A stretch of 64,000 nt of DNA from an uncultured Chthonomonadaceae bacterium (GCA_963817895.1 CAWFQB010000004.1:935908-999907); one strand, 5' to 3'. Numbered from the stretch's first letter, positions 33,441 through 45,290 are shown. Numbers and translations: made by a program. The notes: generated by a model not told the origin, from the sequence alone.

Positions 33441-36400
33441 GTGCCAACCCAACTTTCCAACCCTTTCCAGTTTGCCAATCCCCTGGTATTTGCTGCTGCT
33501 GCCGCTCGTCTTCGCCTTTTTTGTCTGGTGCAATCGGCATACGGTGACGGATATGAGTCCCACGCGCCGCATGGGCGCGCTGGTGTTGCGCTGCGGCCTT
33601 GCCATTCTGCTGATTCTGATACTGGCGGGTTTTAAGATCGTCAAACCGGGAAATTCGCTGGCGGTCGTGTTTGTTGTCGACTCGTCGAAAAGCGTTCGTG
33701 ATGATCAGCGAACGCGCATGGAACAGTATATTCAGGAAGCCGGACGAGGGATGCATACGGTTGATAAGATCGGGGTGATTACGTTCGCGAGCGAGGCGCA
33801 TCTGCAATCGCCGTTGGGACAGCCGCTGGACGCGACGTCACCTGCGCGATCCCGGCGTGACGACGGCTACCGACATCGGACACGCTTTGCAGCAGGCCAA
33901 GAATGAACTGGATACGGCGGCGCGGGATTCGGGCAAGCGCATCGTTCTGCTTTCGGATGGCAATGAGAACGTCGGGCGGGCGTTGTCCGTTGTGCGGGAA
34001 TTGAATGCCGACCACATTGTTCTGGATACGATTACCCTCTCGGTTTCCCTGCCCAAAGAGGCGCTCATTGATAAAATGACGCTGCCCAACCGGGTTAAAA
34101 TCGGGGAGCCGTTTACCGCCAAAATAGTCGTCAGCAGCCAGACCGCGCAGCCCGCGACTATTTCGTTGTTTCGGGACGGCAAGCCGACAGGGTTATCCAA
34201 ACGGGTTGACCTGCACCGGGGCAAGAACGTTGTCGCGTTCGACCAGATTGTTGGGGATAAGGGATTTTACCGTTACAGCGCCACATTGGACGCCCGCGAA
34301 GATACCATTCCCGAAAACAACAAGGGCGAAGGCTTTGTGTGGGTGGAGGGCAAGCCGACTATTTTGTATGTCGCGGACAGCCCAACGTTGACCGGCTTTC
34401 TGCGCAAATCCCTGCAAAGCCTGAACATTAACGTCGAGTACGCCAACCCGGACGCGATGCCCACATCCGCTGCCGCGCTTCAGCCGTATGACAGCGTGTT
34501 TTTGAGCAACGTTCCGGCAAGCGCGCTGTCGTCGGCGCAAATGACCGCCTTACAGGTGGCGTGTCGGGATTTCGGGGTGGGGCTTGGCATGGTGGGCGGC
34601 GATACCAGTTTTGGCGCGGGCGGCTATCGCGGCACGCCCTTAGAGGACGCGCTGCCGGTTTCGATGGACGTGAAGAAGCAGAAACGGCTGCCCTCCGTTG
34701 CCGTCGCCCTTGTGATTGAAGATTTGGAAATTCCCACAACCGTCAACATGTCCATTGAAGCCGCGAAAGCCACGATGGACTTGCTGGAACCCATAGATCA
34801 GGTGGGGGTTCTGGATTGCAACGGGCCGGGCGGCTATGGCAACGGCGACATCGCGAACATGGCTCCGGGCGGAACCTGGCGTATTCCGATGCAGCATGTG
34901 GTAGACCGCGAAGCCATCAAAAGCCAGATGCAGAACTTGCAGGGCATGGGCGACCCGCCGAACTATGACCCGTTTCTGATGGAAGCCGGACGCGTGCTGA
35001 ACCAGACGGACGCCAAAATCAAGCACATCATTTTTCTTGGCGACGGCGACGCGGTGTACGAGGCGAACCAGAGCGCGATTACCGCGCAATATTCAGCGTA
35101 TCCGCGATATGGGCATCACGGTTTCGACGATTTCAACGGGCGCGGATCAGAGCGGCATCCACTTCATGGCCGCGCTTGCGAAAACGGGGGACGGGCAGGC
35201 GTATGTGGCGGAACGGGCGCAGGATTTGCCGCGCCTGCTTCTGAAAGATCAGCAGACGATTTCGCAGCCGCCAATTATCGAGGAGCCATTCCATGTTGTG
35301 CCTACCGAGGGCGACGAGATACTGAAGGGCATTGATTGGAATGGCGCGCCGCCCCTGCTCGGCTACGATGTGACGAGTTTGAAACCTACCGCGACTGCTG
35401 GCCCTGCGCAACGGCAACCCGAACCGCGAAACCGACCCGATTTTTGCCGGCTGGCGGTACGGATTGGGGCGTTCCGTTGCGTTTATGTCGGACGACCGGG
35501 CGCGATGGGCGGCGGCGTGGATGGGCTGGCCGGGATACGCGAAGTTCTGGGCGCAGGCCGTGCGCTGGACGCTGCGCCCGTTCGCGCCAAGCGAGTACAG
35601 CACACAGATCACGATGGAGAACAACCGGGGGCATATCGTCGTGGACGCCATTGATGATAAGGGCCGGTTTGTCAATCGCCTGAGTTTGAAAGCGCGGATT
35701 GTGCCACCGGGCGCGACGGGAATCAAGGGCGCGATGCCAACCGAAGAGGTTCTGCCGCAAACCGGGCCGGGACATTATGAAACCACGTTCGACGCGCCCC
35801 AAACCGGAACCTATCTCGTCAACGTGCTGCAAAAATCCACCGAACCCGGCTAAGCCGGATAAATCCACGCGCATCGGACTGGCAACGTCGTACTCGCCGG
35901 AATATAAAGACACGCAGGCCAACCAGTATTTAATGACGCAACTGGCGCAAACGGGCGGCGGGCGCATGGAACCCCCGGCAAGCGGCGTGTTTACCGCAGA
36001 CCGTCCGGTTGTGTTCGCGGCCGTTGACATGATTCCGGTTCTGATGCTGTTTACCCTGCCTTTTCTCCTGTTCGACATCGCCACGCGCCGCCTTGCCGTC
36101 GAGCGCAGCGACTTTGCCCGCGCGCTGGCGTGGGTGACAGGCCGCAAAGCCACCGTTCCCAAAGGCCGCGCCGCCACGCCGGAATTGTCCCGCTTGATGG
36201 AGCGCAAGGAGGCAGCGGTTGGGAATAGAAAAGGAGAAAAGGAGAAAAGGAGAAAAGGAGAAAAGGAGATGGATGGGGAGGATTCATCCTTCATCCTTCA
36301 TCCTTCATCCCTGGCCGAACACCAAACACCGAATACCGAACGCCGAAGCCGGACTATTCGACCGGAGGGGGCGGAAACGGTTGCGGCGGCTGTGGTTCCT

Positions 36401-36514
36401 GTGGAAGACGTAAAGAACGCGCCTGTGGTTGAAGAAGAGGCCGGAATGTCGCGGCTGATGGCGGCGAAGAAGCGGGCGCAGCAGCGGCAGCAGGAGAAAG
36501 ATGATGCCGGATAG
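33441..36514 (+). CDS. Membrane protein with BatA-like N-terminus, vWA domains and a DUF1355/glutamine-amidotransferase-like domain (frameshifted)
   Basis: FANPWYLLLLP, VFVVDSSKSV (MIDAS), RIVLLSDGNEN, GLGMVGGDTSFGAGGYRGTPLEDALPV, YGLGRSVAFMSD..RWAAAW and SYSPEY. Confidence 0.8.
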
Positions 36515-37370
36515 CGCGGAAGAGGAAAAATCCGAAGCGATGAGGGAGGAGGGCGAAGCTGATACGCCCAAAACACCCAAACGCCTGCGTCCGCGCTGGC
36601 AACGCTGGCTGCTGTGGAGTTCGGTACGGCTATTTCTGTTATTGGGAGTGGGCGCGGGCGTTGGAACGGTGCAGTGGCGGTCACGCCCGCCCGACCTTAT
36701 GGCCCATGCGAAACGGATAGCGTCCATTGCCGGTGCAGGCGGCTACTACTGGACGCCAAGGGGAGAATTGCGGCTATATCGAAACCAGCGCAACGGCACG
36801 GCTTCCCTGAAGTGGGATCAGGCTACGCAATCCGCCACATTCGTCGAAATGCTGAAACCGCCAAAAGGACAGTTCTTTGCCGACCCGAATCGGACAAAAG
36901 GACCATTTGCGACGTCGTCCAGACGGCAGGATCAACAATCTCAGGTTCTAATTGTTGAGGCATACAAGAAGGATCAACCTTACACGCGGGACAAGCCCAT
37001 GCCAAACGCTGATTATACATGGAAAATTAGAGCGATGCCGGGTTTGCAGGCGGATTTTTATGATACGGCTTTATCGCCGGATGGGAAACGAATAGCATAT
37101 AAAAGTCTAATTCCCAATGTGGATTGGCGCGATGAGATTATGCGGCGAGTGCGGCGCGGCTATCAGCCGCCGTATCGGGGACAGGGCGCGGTAATTTTAA
37201 TCAGCAGCGTGGATGGCAGTCGCACGGAAATGCTCGGCAAGGTAAAAGAGGATATGCCTGCTACGCGATCCGGCACGACATACTCACTACAATGTTTTTA
37301 CTGGCGTCCTGATGGCAAGCACCTGACTTTCGCGTATGGGGATGGGGTTTATGAGGTTCCGGTGAAATGA
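36501..37370 (+). CDS. Membrane-anchored hypothetical protein with TolB-like repeats
   Basis: Intact 289-aa ORF; N-terminal transmembrane helix; LSPDGKRIAY and WRPDGKHLTF. Confidence 0.65.
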   Translation: MMPDSAEEEKSEAMREEGEADTPKTPKRLRPRWQRWLLWSSVRLFLLLGVGAGVGTVQWRSRPPDLMAHAKRIASIAGAGGYYWTPRGELRLYRNQRNGTASLKWDQATQSATFVEMLKPPKGQFFADPNRTKGPFATSSRRQDQQSQVLIVEAYKKDQPYTRDKPMPNADYTWKIRAMPGLQADFYDTALSPDGKRIAYKSLIPNVDWRDEIMRRVRRGYQPPYRGQGAVILISSVDGSRTEMLGKVKEDMPATRSGTTYSLQCFYWRPDGKHLTFAYGDGVYEVPVK

Positions 37371-37373
37371 GGT

Positions 37374-37566
37374 ACCTTACCCCCGGCCCCTCTCCTTGCC
37401 GCGCAACGCGCTAGGAGAGGGGAGAGCATAGTTATAAATTTTGCCAGAACAGGTAAATGTTTGTGAGGCACAGTACAATACAATTGCTGTTCAAGCACAA
37501 TTTTTGAATTAACTGCTCCCCTCTCCTAGCGCGTTGCGCGGCAAGGAGAGGGGCCGGGGGTGAGGT
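37374..37566. repeat. REPIN-like inverted pair between convergent genes
   Basis: ACCTTACCCCCGGCCCCTCTCCTTGCCGCGCAACGCGCTAGGAGAGGGG and its near-perfect reverse complement at about 37517-37566. Confidence 0.88.
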
Positions 37567-37574
37567 GTATCAAA

Positions 37575-38469
37575 CTAACTGCTGATATAGCCCATGAGGT
37601 TGCGGCGGCGGGCGGCATGTTTCAGCTTTTTGAGCGCCTGCACTTCAATCTGGCGGACGCGCTCACGCGATATGTGCATGTTTTCGCCGATTTCCTGTAA
37701 CACCTGCGTAGACTCTTCTTCAAAGCCCAGACGACGGCGCATGATCTCCTGTTCGCGGGGCGTCAGGATGGACAGCAGTTTGAAGAGTTCGCTCTGCATC
37801 TCCTGACTGAGAATGGCGTCCTGCGGGTTGGCGGCGGTACGGTCGTTGATGAGGGAGGCCAGCGTGGTATTCTCCTCGTCGCCCACCAGCATATCCAGCG
37901 AAACGGGTTCCAGTCCCGCCTGCAACAGCGCGTTTACCTTGCGGAGCGTCAGTCCGAGATGGGACGCCAGCGTTTCCGCAGTGGGTTCCACGCCATGTTC
38001 GCGCACAAGCAGGGCGCAGCGTCCGTTCCAGCTTGCGCAGGGATTCGGAAACGTGCGCCGGGATACGAATGGCTTTAGCTTTGTTGTCAATGGCGCGGCT
38101 GATGGCCTGCCGTATCCAGTGCGTGGCATACGTGCTGAAACGGTAGCCTTTGCCCGGATCAAAGCGTTCGGTTGCCGTCATCAACCCGATGGCGCCCTCC
38201 TGCACCAAATCCTCGAACGGCACGAGGGCGGTACGGTAATTTTTGGCGATGTTGAGTACCAGACGCATATTGGCTTCCACCAATCGGTCTTTGGCGCGGG
38301 CATCTCCGGCCTTCACGCGGGAAGCCAGCGCGACTTCCTCCTCAAAGGTCAGCAGTCGCTGTCGCGTCAGGCGTGTCATAAAGGAAATAACATCCGGGGC
38401 CGGGCCGGGAGCCTCTTCGGTTGTTTCCGAGGCTTCCAGAATCTCGGATTTCTGCTCTTGCTTTTTCAT
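37575..38469 (-). CDS. RpoD/SigA-family sigma-70 factor lacking region 1.1 (frameshift near 38020)
   Basis: LLTFEEEVALA, LVEANMRLV, DLVQEGAIGL, FDPGKGYRFSTYATHWIRQAI and ISRERVRQIE. Confidence 0.92.
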
Positions 38470-38945
38470 GTTCTAGCTGGCACCCCTATTTCTCTGCCTG
38501 CCTGCGTCGTACCCGTTTTGTAACAGAATCTGCTGTGAAGAATTCCCCTGCAACAGATTTCTTCTGGTGTCTTGCCATGACGGATTATTCCATAACTCCT
38601 GCCTGTGGCAAGACACCGGAACGACAAATCAGGCTCTTCGTGAAAAATCCGGCATTTACGCGGTCGGTAGCGGTCAATACTATTGACTGTTTAAAACCGT
38701 ATGATGTTGCGTGTCCAACTGTGAACTTACTAACAGCCGAACAGGTAGATACATCACACAGGGCGATACTCGCAAAATACCTGCGAACTTTTACCCTCCG
38801 CTTCTCATGCCCGAACGTGGTAACACTCCTTTATCTGCCGGGTACGTTGGGAAAAGCAATATTTCAACGGGCAGAATGTTCGCGTTCTTGACACTTGGAT
38901 CGTAACTCTGTTCGCGGGCGCAGCGAAAATCAGGAATAAATAAGT

Positions 38946-40601
38946 ATGAATGCGGCTTCTTCCACTGCGAACACGCTTTCGAGCGACGGCTTTTGTCAGG
39001 ACATCGCGACGTTTGATGCCGTACCTGATTCCTTAGACGACGCAAACCGGCAAAAGGTTTTACAGGCCACGAGCGCGGAGCAAAGTTGTTCGTATCAGGC
39101 AACCGAACACGGCTTAAGAGTGTATACGGAAGATCGTTCGCTTTTCCTCACCGGCAAAGATGGCCTGCCTGTAGAAAATCTGACGTGTCTGTCATTGGGA
39201 ACAAATGGCGACCTGTGGGCGGGCAGCAACCGGGGCGTAATGCGCCTGCGCGCGGGAAAGTGGCGCTACTTTGCCGGTAAGCGCTGGCTGCCTGAGAACC
39301 ATGTGCAGTCTATTGCCGTTGACGCTCAAAACCGCGCCTGGATTGCCACAGGCGGTGGCCTGTCCCGTATCGAATCCAACCCCATGACGTGGCAAACCAA
39401 AGCCGTCCATTACGAGCAAATTACGGCGATGCGACATAATCGCGACGGATGGGTGACGGAGTGTAGTTTGACACAGCCCGGTAATTTGGACAGTTATTTG
39501 CATGAAGCCAGCGATAACGATGGATTGTGGACAGCCCTGTATTTATGCGCGGAGGCTTTTCGGTACGCGGTTACGAAGGAGGAGGAGGCAAGGGAGCGCG
39601 CGCGCGGCAGTCTGCGGGCTATGCTGAAACTGCTCGATGTGACGGGCATCCCCGGCTTTCCCGCGCGGGCAATGGCCGGCCGAAACGAGCGCGTCCGACG
39701 GTCGGAACCTGAAAGCAACTGGCTGCCCTCCCCCGTTTACGCGGAGGTTTTGTACAAGGGGGATACGTCCTCGGATGAGATAGACGGGCATTATCTGGCG
39801 TGGTATGTGTACCATACGTTTGTGGCGGACGAGGCGGAAAAGCGGGAGATCGCGGCAGCGTGTCACGCCGTCACCACTCATATTCTGGACAACGATTATA
39901 CGCTTGTAGGGGCGAATGGCAGGCGGACGAGTTGGGGATTGTGGACGCCCGAAGTTCTCAATCACGATCCGAACTGGCAGGGTGAGCGGGGGCTGAATTC
40001 GCTGGAAATGCTGTCGCATCTGCGGGTTGCCATGTGTGTTTGTCCGAACGAGCGTTTTGCCATCGCGTACCAATCGCTGATAAGGGAGCATGGCTACGCG
40101 CTGAATACCGTCCGGCAAAAGATACAGCCGCCCAAAGGGGAAAACAACCATTCCGACGATGAACTGGCGGCCTGCGCCTATTATCCGCTGCTGATGCTGG
40201 AAACCGACCCTGCTTTGCGGCAATTATATCTGCTGAGTCTGGAACGAACGCACGCGATTTTACGCCCGGAACGTTCGCCGTTTTATAATGTGGTATACGC
40301 GGCGTGTACGGGTAAAATGGGTGATGTGGAGGCGGTTGTGGAGTGGCTGCGGGACGCGCCCTTAGATTTGCGGGACTGGCGAATGGAGAACGGACACCGC
40401 GCCGACGTTGTGTTCGCGCCCGAACCTGATAGATTCGGCAAGCCGCAATTAACCGCGCCCCTGCCGCCGGGGGAGCGAGGCGTGACGAAGTGGAATGAAA
40501 ATCCCTATCTCGCGGACAGCGGAACCGGAGGCACACGCGAAATGGACGGCGCGTTCTGGCTGCTGCCGTACTGGATGGGAAGGGTTTATGGGGTGATATA
40601 G
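38946..40601 (+). CDS. Hypothetical protein with N-terminal propeller repeats and a helical C-terminal domain
   Basis: Intact 551-aa ORF; GDLWAGSNRG and NRAWIATGGG repeats; SDNDGLWTALY and KGDTSSDEIDGH motifs. Confidence 0.75.
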   Translation: MNAASSTANTLSSDGFCQDIATFDAVPDSLDDANRQKVLQATSAEQSCSYQATEHGLRVYTEDRSLFLTGKDGLPVENLTCLSLGTNGDLWAGSNRGVMRLRAGKWRYFAGKRWLPENHVQSIAVDAQNRAWIATGGGLSRIESNPMTWQTKAVHYEQITAMRHNRDGWVTECSLTQPGNLDSYLHEASDNDGLWTALYLCAEAFRYAVTKEEEARERARGSLRAMLKLLDVTGIPGFPARAMAGRNERVRRSEPESNWLPSPVYAEVLYKGDTSSDEIDGHYLAWYVYHTFVADEAEKREIAAACHAVTTHILDNDYTLVGANGRRTSWGLWTPEVLNHDPNWQGERGLNSLEMLSHLRVAMCVCPNERFAIAYQSLIREHGYALNTVRQKIQPPKGENNHSDDELAACAYYPLLMLETDPALRQLYLLSLERTHAILRPERSPFYNVVYAACTGKMGDVEAVVEWLRDAPLDLRDWRMENGHRADVVFAPEPDRFGKPQLTAPLPPGERGVTKWNENPYLADSGTGGTREMDGAFWLLPYWMGRVYGVI

Positions 40602-40725
40602 TGGTCAGTGGTCAGTGGTCAGTGGTCAGTGGTCAGTGAAGACCTCTGAACTGGCCGCTACACAGGATGAATATTGCAGAGTAGTGGACAGTGCCTTTCA
40701 CTGACCACTGACCACTGACCACTGA
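40600..40725. repeat. Heptamer tandem array (AGTGGTC)x5 with an inverted array
   Basis: 40600-40638 and inverted CACTGAC repeats at 40699-40725, between convergent stop codons. Confidence 0.9.
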
Positions 40726-40727
40726 TT

Positions 40728-41264
40728 TTAGAACTTCAGTCCGAGCGTCAGGCTGTAGCCATCGGTTTCGTTGGACGAGCCGCCGACGAACAGATAGCGC
40801 AAATCAACAGACATGGGATTGCGTCCCCGCGTGAGCTGATAGCCGAGCAGCAGGTCCAGAACGGTTCCTTTGATACCTCTGCCATTCGCGCGTTTGCCGA
40901 ACGCATAGCCCGCGCCGAATCCATAGCGCAGGTTGTCTTTGTGCGCGATCAGGTTGACGGTCAGCGGAATGTTGTAAACCGGGTCTATGCCATTGTAGCC
41001 GATGCCGACGGTGACATCATAGCCGCGTCCGGCATAAACGCGCCGATTGACATTGCCGCTGAAGCCGACATCGCCCGTAATCCTACGGGCTGTATTGCTC
41101 TGAAACACGTACATACCGACGCGAACTTCCCAGTCCTGTGACAGTTCGGGGATTTGGTCGGATGATTCGCCGGTTTGCGCGTGTGCCTTGTGGGGCGCGA
41201 ACAGCGCGAAAACACTCAAAACGAGTACGAGAGCGGCACTCCAAATTGTACCAAGTCGTCTCAC
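40728..41264 (-). CDS. Small outer-membrane beta-barrel-like protein
   Basis: Signal peptide ending AHA-Q, alternating beta-strand pattern, C-terminal YSLTLGLKF. Confidence 0.7.
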   Translation of the reverse strand: MRRLGTIWSAALVLVLSVFALFAPHKAHAQTGESSDQIPELSQDWEVRVGMYVFQSNTARRITGDVGFSGNVNRRVYAGRGYDVTVGIGYNGIDPVYNIPLTVNLIAHKDNLRYGFGAGYAFGKRANGRGIKGTVLDLLLGYQLTRGRNPMSVDLRYLFVGGSSNETDGYSLTLGLKF

Positions 41265-41448
41265 GTAGGTTCCTCCTGTGAATGGGGGCGGGGAAATTGC
41301 AGGCGGCTGCGTCCATGCGTTACCAGCAGCCCGTGGAGTCTCCTGCGCGCCCTGTGGGTTGTCCCTCTTAATTTACCCGTTTGTTTGCCATTTCCTGCGC
41401 TTTCAACAGGCAATTTCCGGTCATTTGTGAAAAATAGTTTGCAGACGG

Positions 41449-43782
41449 CTATTTTGCTGGGGTTTCCTTACGTTGTCGCTGGTAAAACGCGGCCAAAACT
41501 TTGGCGTCGGCGGCAACTTCGGGGTGATCTTCGCCAAGCGCGTGGCGGTCTACTTCCAACATTCGCGTAAAGTGGTGTTCCGCTTTCTGGCCGCGCCCGG
41601 TATGTTCATATAAATGGGCCAGATTGTGGTGGGTGATGGCAAGGTCGGGGTGGCCTTCGGGATAACAGTGTTTTTGCATAGTCAAGGCTTCCAGAAACAG
41701 CGGCTCCGCCTCTTCAAAACGTTTTTGATTGCGGTACAGTTCCGCCAGATTCTGGGCGCAGGTGGCGGTTTGCGGATGGTTAGCGGCAAGATGGGTTCGC
41801 CAGACTGTCAGAGCCTGTTTGTAATGCTCTTCGGCTTCCTCGTGGCGCTTCTGACGGTAGTACAGCAGCGCCAGATTGTTTAGGATGTTTCCGACATAGC
41901 GGTGTTGTTTGGGAAGGTCCAGCCGCGTCACTTCCAGCGCCTGAAGGAAGAGCGAACTCGGCTTCCTCATACAAGCCCGCGCTACAGCGCGCGCCCGCCA
42001 GATTGTTGAGGCTTTGCGCTATATCCAGATGATTGTCAGGCAGGGTTTGCCGCCGCATGTCGAGCGCGAGATTGTAGTGCGCTGTAGCCTCCTCACAGCG
42101 TTCCTGACGGTGGCGCAGCAGCCCCATCTGGCTGAGATTGGAAGCGTAGTGGGGATGGCCGTCCGGGTACACGGTTTGCCATATCTCCCGCGCGGACTGA
42201 TAATAGGACTCCGCAGAGGATAGCGGCCACATTCAAACAGAAAACGCCCGACATTATCCAGCAGCAGCGCGGATTCAGCCGTCCTTAGCTTTGCTTCACG
42301 AATGATTTCACCCACAACAAGGGCATGAGACAGCAATTTGCGGCATAATTCCCACTCTTCAAATTCGGGAAAGGGGAATGCGCTGCTGACCGCGCGAACA
42401 ACCCGCTCTTCCCACTCCTGCCTTTCGCTTTCCGAAAGCCTGTCTTTGGTTACTTCCTGTACCAGCCGGTGAAGACTGAACGCGCGGTCTTCCCGATTAC
42501 GGGCGGCAAGCGAGTAGCGCGTCAACGGTTCAATCGCCTCGTTGTAGACCTCTTCAGCCTCCGCGTCGTCTTCCGCGCCCTCAAAAAATTTGCGCAGGCC
42601 GGGGCAGAACTCTCTGGAACCGCGTCTGACAAGTTCAATCGGAATGTCGTCCGGGGCCAGAAACGCGCTGAACCGAAGCAGTTCTGAGGCATATTTCCCT
42701 GCCGTTTGCGTTCGATGCGCCTCTGCCTCAATCACTTCAAAGTTGATTGCCAGCGTTTCGCTTACGGTTGGCGGGTACTCTCCGCTAATCGGCGGACGTT
42801 TGTTCAACTGCGCCAGTTTGCGTTTTTTGTAGAGCGCGAGGTAGTTGGCGAAAGTGGTCATGTGCGCAATGTAGGCAATGGCCTGTTCCATTGCCAGCGG
42901 CAGATGGCCCAGAAGGGCGGCGAGTTCCGTTGCGGCCTCGCGCTCGACAGCGGGAACCTCCTTGTAGCGGCATCTGCGCAGGAAAAATTCCAGCGAGTCT
43001 TGCGGCGAAAGGGTTTGCAGGGCAAGGATTGCCTCAGAATTGAGGAAGTCCAGATGTTGCGCTCTTGTCGTAATCAAGATGTGGCATTTCGGATTTTTGG
43101 GCAGGCAGAGTGTGCCTGTTTCCGGTTTATCAAGGTTGTCCAGAATGAGAAGCCAGCCCGTATGTTTTTCCAGCCAGCGTATCGCCGCTTCCGCCTGCGC
43201 TTCCGCTCCCAATGCCGCTCCGGGCAGTTTTAGATGGCGAGCAATCTCCGCGTATCCCTGCTGAATGTCGGTATCCGCCTCGGCCCGGAGCCAGAATACG
43301 TAGTCGTACTCCTCCTGAGTGAACTCGCAGTACGCGAGTGCCGTCTGCGTTTTGCCCATGCCGCCCATGCCGGAAATCGCCGCGATGCTGTTCTGTTTCA
43401 GGAGCGCGCGAACGGTTTCTAACTCCTGCTTTCGGCCCGTAAAGCTTTTGCTGAGTTCGTTGGGGACATAGGAATGTCTGTGTGTGGCGCGTGTGGCCGT
43501 TGGAAAGGGTTCGTAATCGGAGCCTGTGTGAAGAGTAAGCCCGAATTTAGCGAACAGGCGCTCGAGGCTGTAGTAGGTGACGGGTTCGCTGCGCTCAAGC
43601 ATCCGACCAATGGTTTTGTAATCGAGAGCAAGGCCTTGCATTTGGGCGATGGCTTTATAAAGAGCATACCGTTTCAGGGGATTCCGTTTTTTGTCACACG
43701 GAAATTCTGGCGATTGGCAGAGCCGCTGATACCCGACTTCGGTAAGCAGCAATCTGCTTTCATTGTAACGAGGTTCCTCCAT
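41449..43782 (-). CDS. STAND NTPase: N-terminal HTH-like domain, NB-ARC and TPR array (frameshifts near 42220 and 41950)
   Basis: FTGRKQEL, GMGGMGKT (Walker A), WLLILDNLD (Walker B), ILITTR, GHLPLA, LHRLVQ; kinesin-light-chain-type TPRs HPxxA.SLNNLA.LY. Confidence 0.9.
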
Positions 43783-44057
43783 AACTGCTGTATCCTCCTT
43801 CTAAACAGACGCGCTTCCCTGGCTGAAATTCCAATGAGTCCAATCAGTTCAATGTAATGATACCCTGATAATTGTGCGTGTATACTGATTTCAAGCCTTC
43901 TCACGAGATATGTTACCCGACCTGGACTCTTCAAAACTAAATTTCGCGTTTTTAATAAAATATTTTGAAGTGCGCCTGCAAATCGGGATATATGCGTTGC
44001 TTTTCTCCATCTTGGTATTTACAAGGCCATACCTTTATGTGTTCACAAGGCCATTCC

Positions 44058-45290
44058 ATGCAAATTGAAGTAGAAACTAATGTTCGGAATAGCCCGGAAA
44101 CCGGCGCTTTGTCTGAGCGCGTACCGGATGTACAGGACTGGGACCGCGAATACCGAGTTTATCAAAATTCGAGCGCGGTTCGGGCTGAACAACGTCTGCG
44201 GGAACTGTCGGAAAGCATATACCCATACGTGGGAAAGATTGTTACGGGCGAATTCAACAGCAGTCTTGAAGCGGAAGATGTAATACAGAACGTCATGATC
44301 AATCTGGCCGATGCCTGGAGAAGAGGGCGGCAGATTAACAACATGAAGGATTATGTTCGCAAGGCTTGCCAGAACGAGTGCGCCGCGACCATAAACAAAA
44401 AGCATCCCAAATATTTCAGTTGTACCGGGCGGGTGGAATATCGTTTGGATCCGCGCCGGGGATTCGCGCATTGGGAGGCAGGCGGGCAAAAGTGGGGCGG
44501 CCTGTCGGCGTGGGCCGATTCCAATCCTGCCCGCATGTACGCGGAAGACGCGCGGCTGGAACAACTGGTAAAATCGCCGTATCAGACGCTGTGTAATTTG
44601 AAGTCTCTGCGAAGCGTGGATATTCGCGTGGTTCGTCATGCGGACGCAGTTCTCGGCGCGATATTTCGGCACATCGGCCATGCGATTTTGCTGAAACAAC
44701 TGGTTCCTATCTTTCAGGAATTGTGGGGTTTGCGCGACAGCCAGGATGTGGAATTGGACGCCAATGGTTTGCAGCCGACTCAGGAAGACGCTGATCCTCT
44801 AAATTTAATCATCATGCAAGAAGCAAGCGCAAACAATCCGCAATCGTGCTGGCAGGAGATAAAAGCCATGAACCGCTCGCAACGTTGCGCGTGGATGCTT
44901 CATGCAGAGTTGGATGATCCAAAAATGCCTGTCATTCATGGATTGATGCTTTTCGGCATCGCCAGCCGGGCAGAGATCGCGCGCGTACTGGAAGTCGAGC
45001 CGGCTGCGCTTGCTATTCCCCTTCTGAGCCTCTCCCTGGATCAAATTGCAGACCGTTTGAAGTTGCCCGCGTCGTTCCTGCGCAAACTCACCCCGGAAGA
45101 ACTGGAAGCCGAAATTGTCAGGAGCGCGCCGCAGGAACTGCAATTCAATCAACAGACACTGCCGCTCAATCAGAAAGCGATAGGAGAATTTTTGGGCTGT
45201 CAAACGTCACGTGTCGCAACCCTGAAACAGGAGGTCCGGGAGCGATTGAGTCACTACCGCCCTGCCGGAAACAAAGGCGGGCAGAACTGA
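44058..45290 (+). CDS. Elongated ECF-like sigma-70 factor (about 410 aa)
   Basis: Region-2-like EAEDVIQNVMINL..W...NMKDYVRKACQNEC. Region-4-like CWQEIKAMNRSQRCAWML...QKAIGEFLGCQTSRVATLKQEVRERL. A zinc-finger anti-sigma gene starts 1 nt after the stop. Confidence 0.72.
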   Translation: MQIEVETNVRNSPETGALSERVPDVQDWDREYRVYQNSSAVRAEQRLRELSESIYPYVGKIVTGEFNSSLEAEDVIQNVMINLADAWRRGRQINNMKDYVRKACQNECAATINKKHPKYFSCTGRVEYRLDPRRGFAHWEAGGQKWGGLSAWADSNPARMYAEDARLEQLVKSPYQTLCNLKSLRSVDIRVVRHADAVLGAIFRHIGHAILLKQLVPIFQELWGLRDSQDVELDANGLQPTQEDADPLNLIIMQEASANNPQSCWQEIKAMNRSQRCAWMLHAELDDPKMPVIHGLMLFGIASRAEIARVLEVEPAALAIPLLSLSLDQIADRLKLPASFLRKLTPEELEAEIVRSAPQELQFNQQTLPLNQKAIGEFLGCQTSRVATLKQEVRERLSHYRPAGNKGGQN

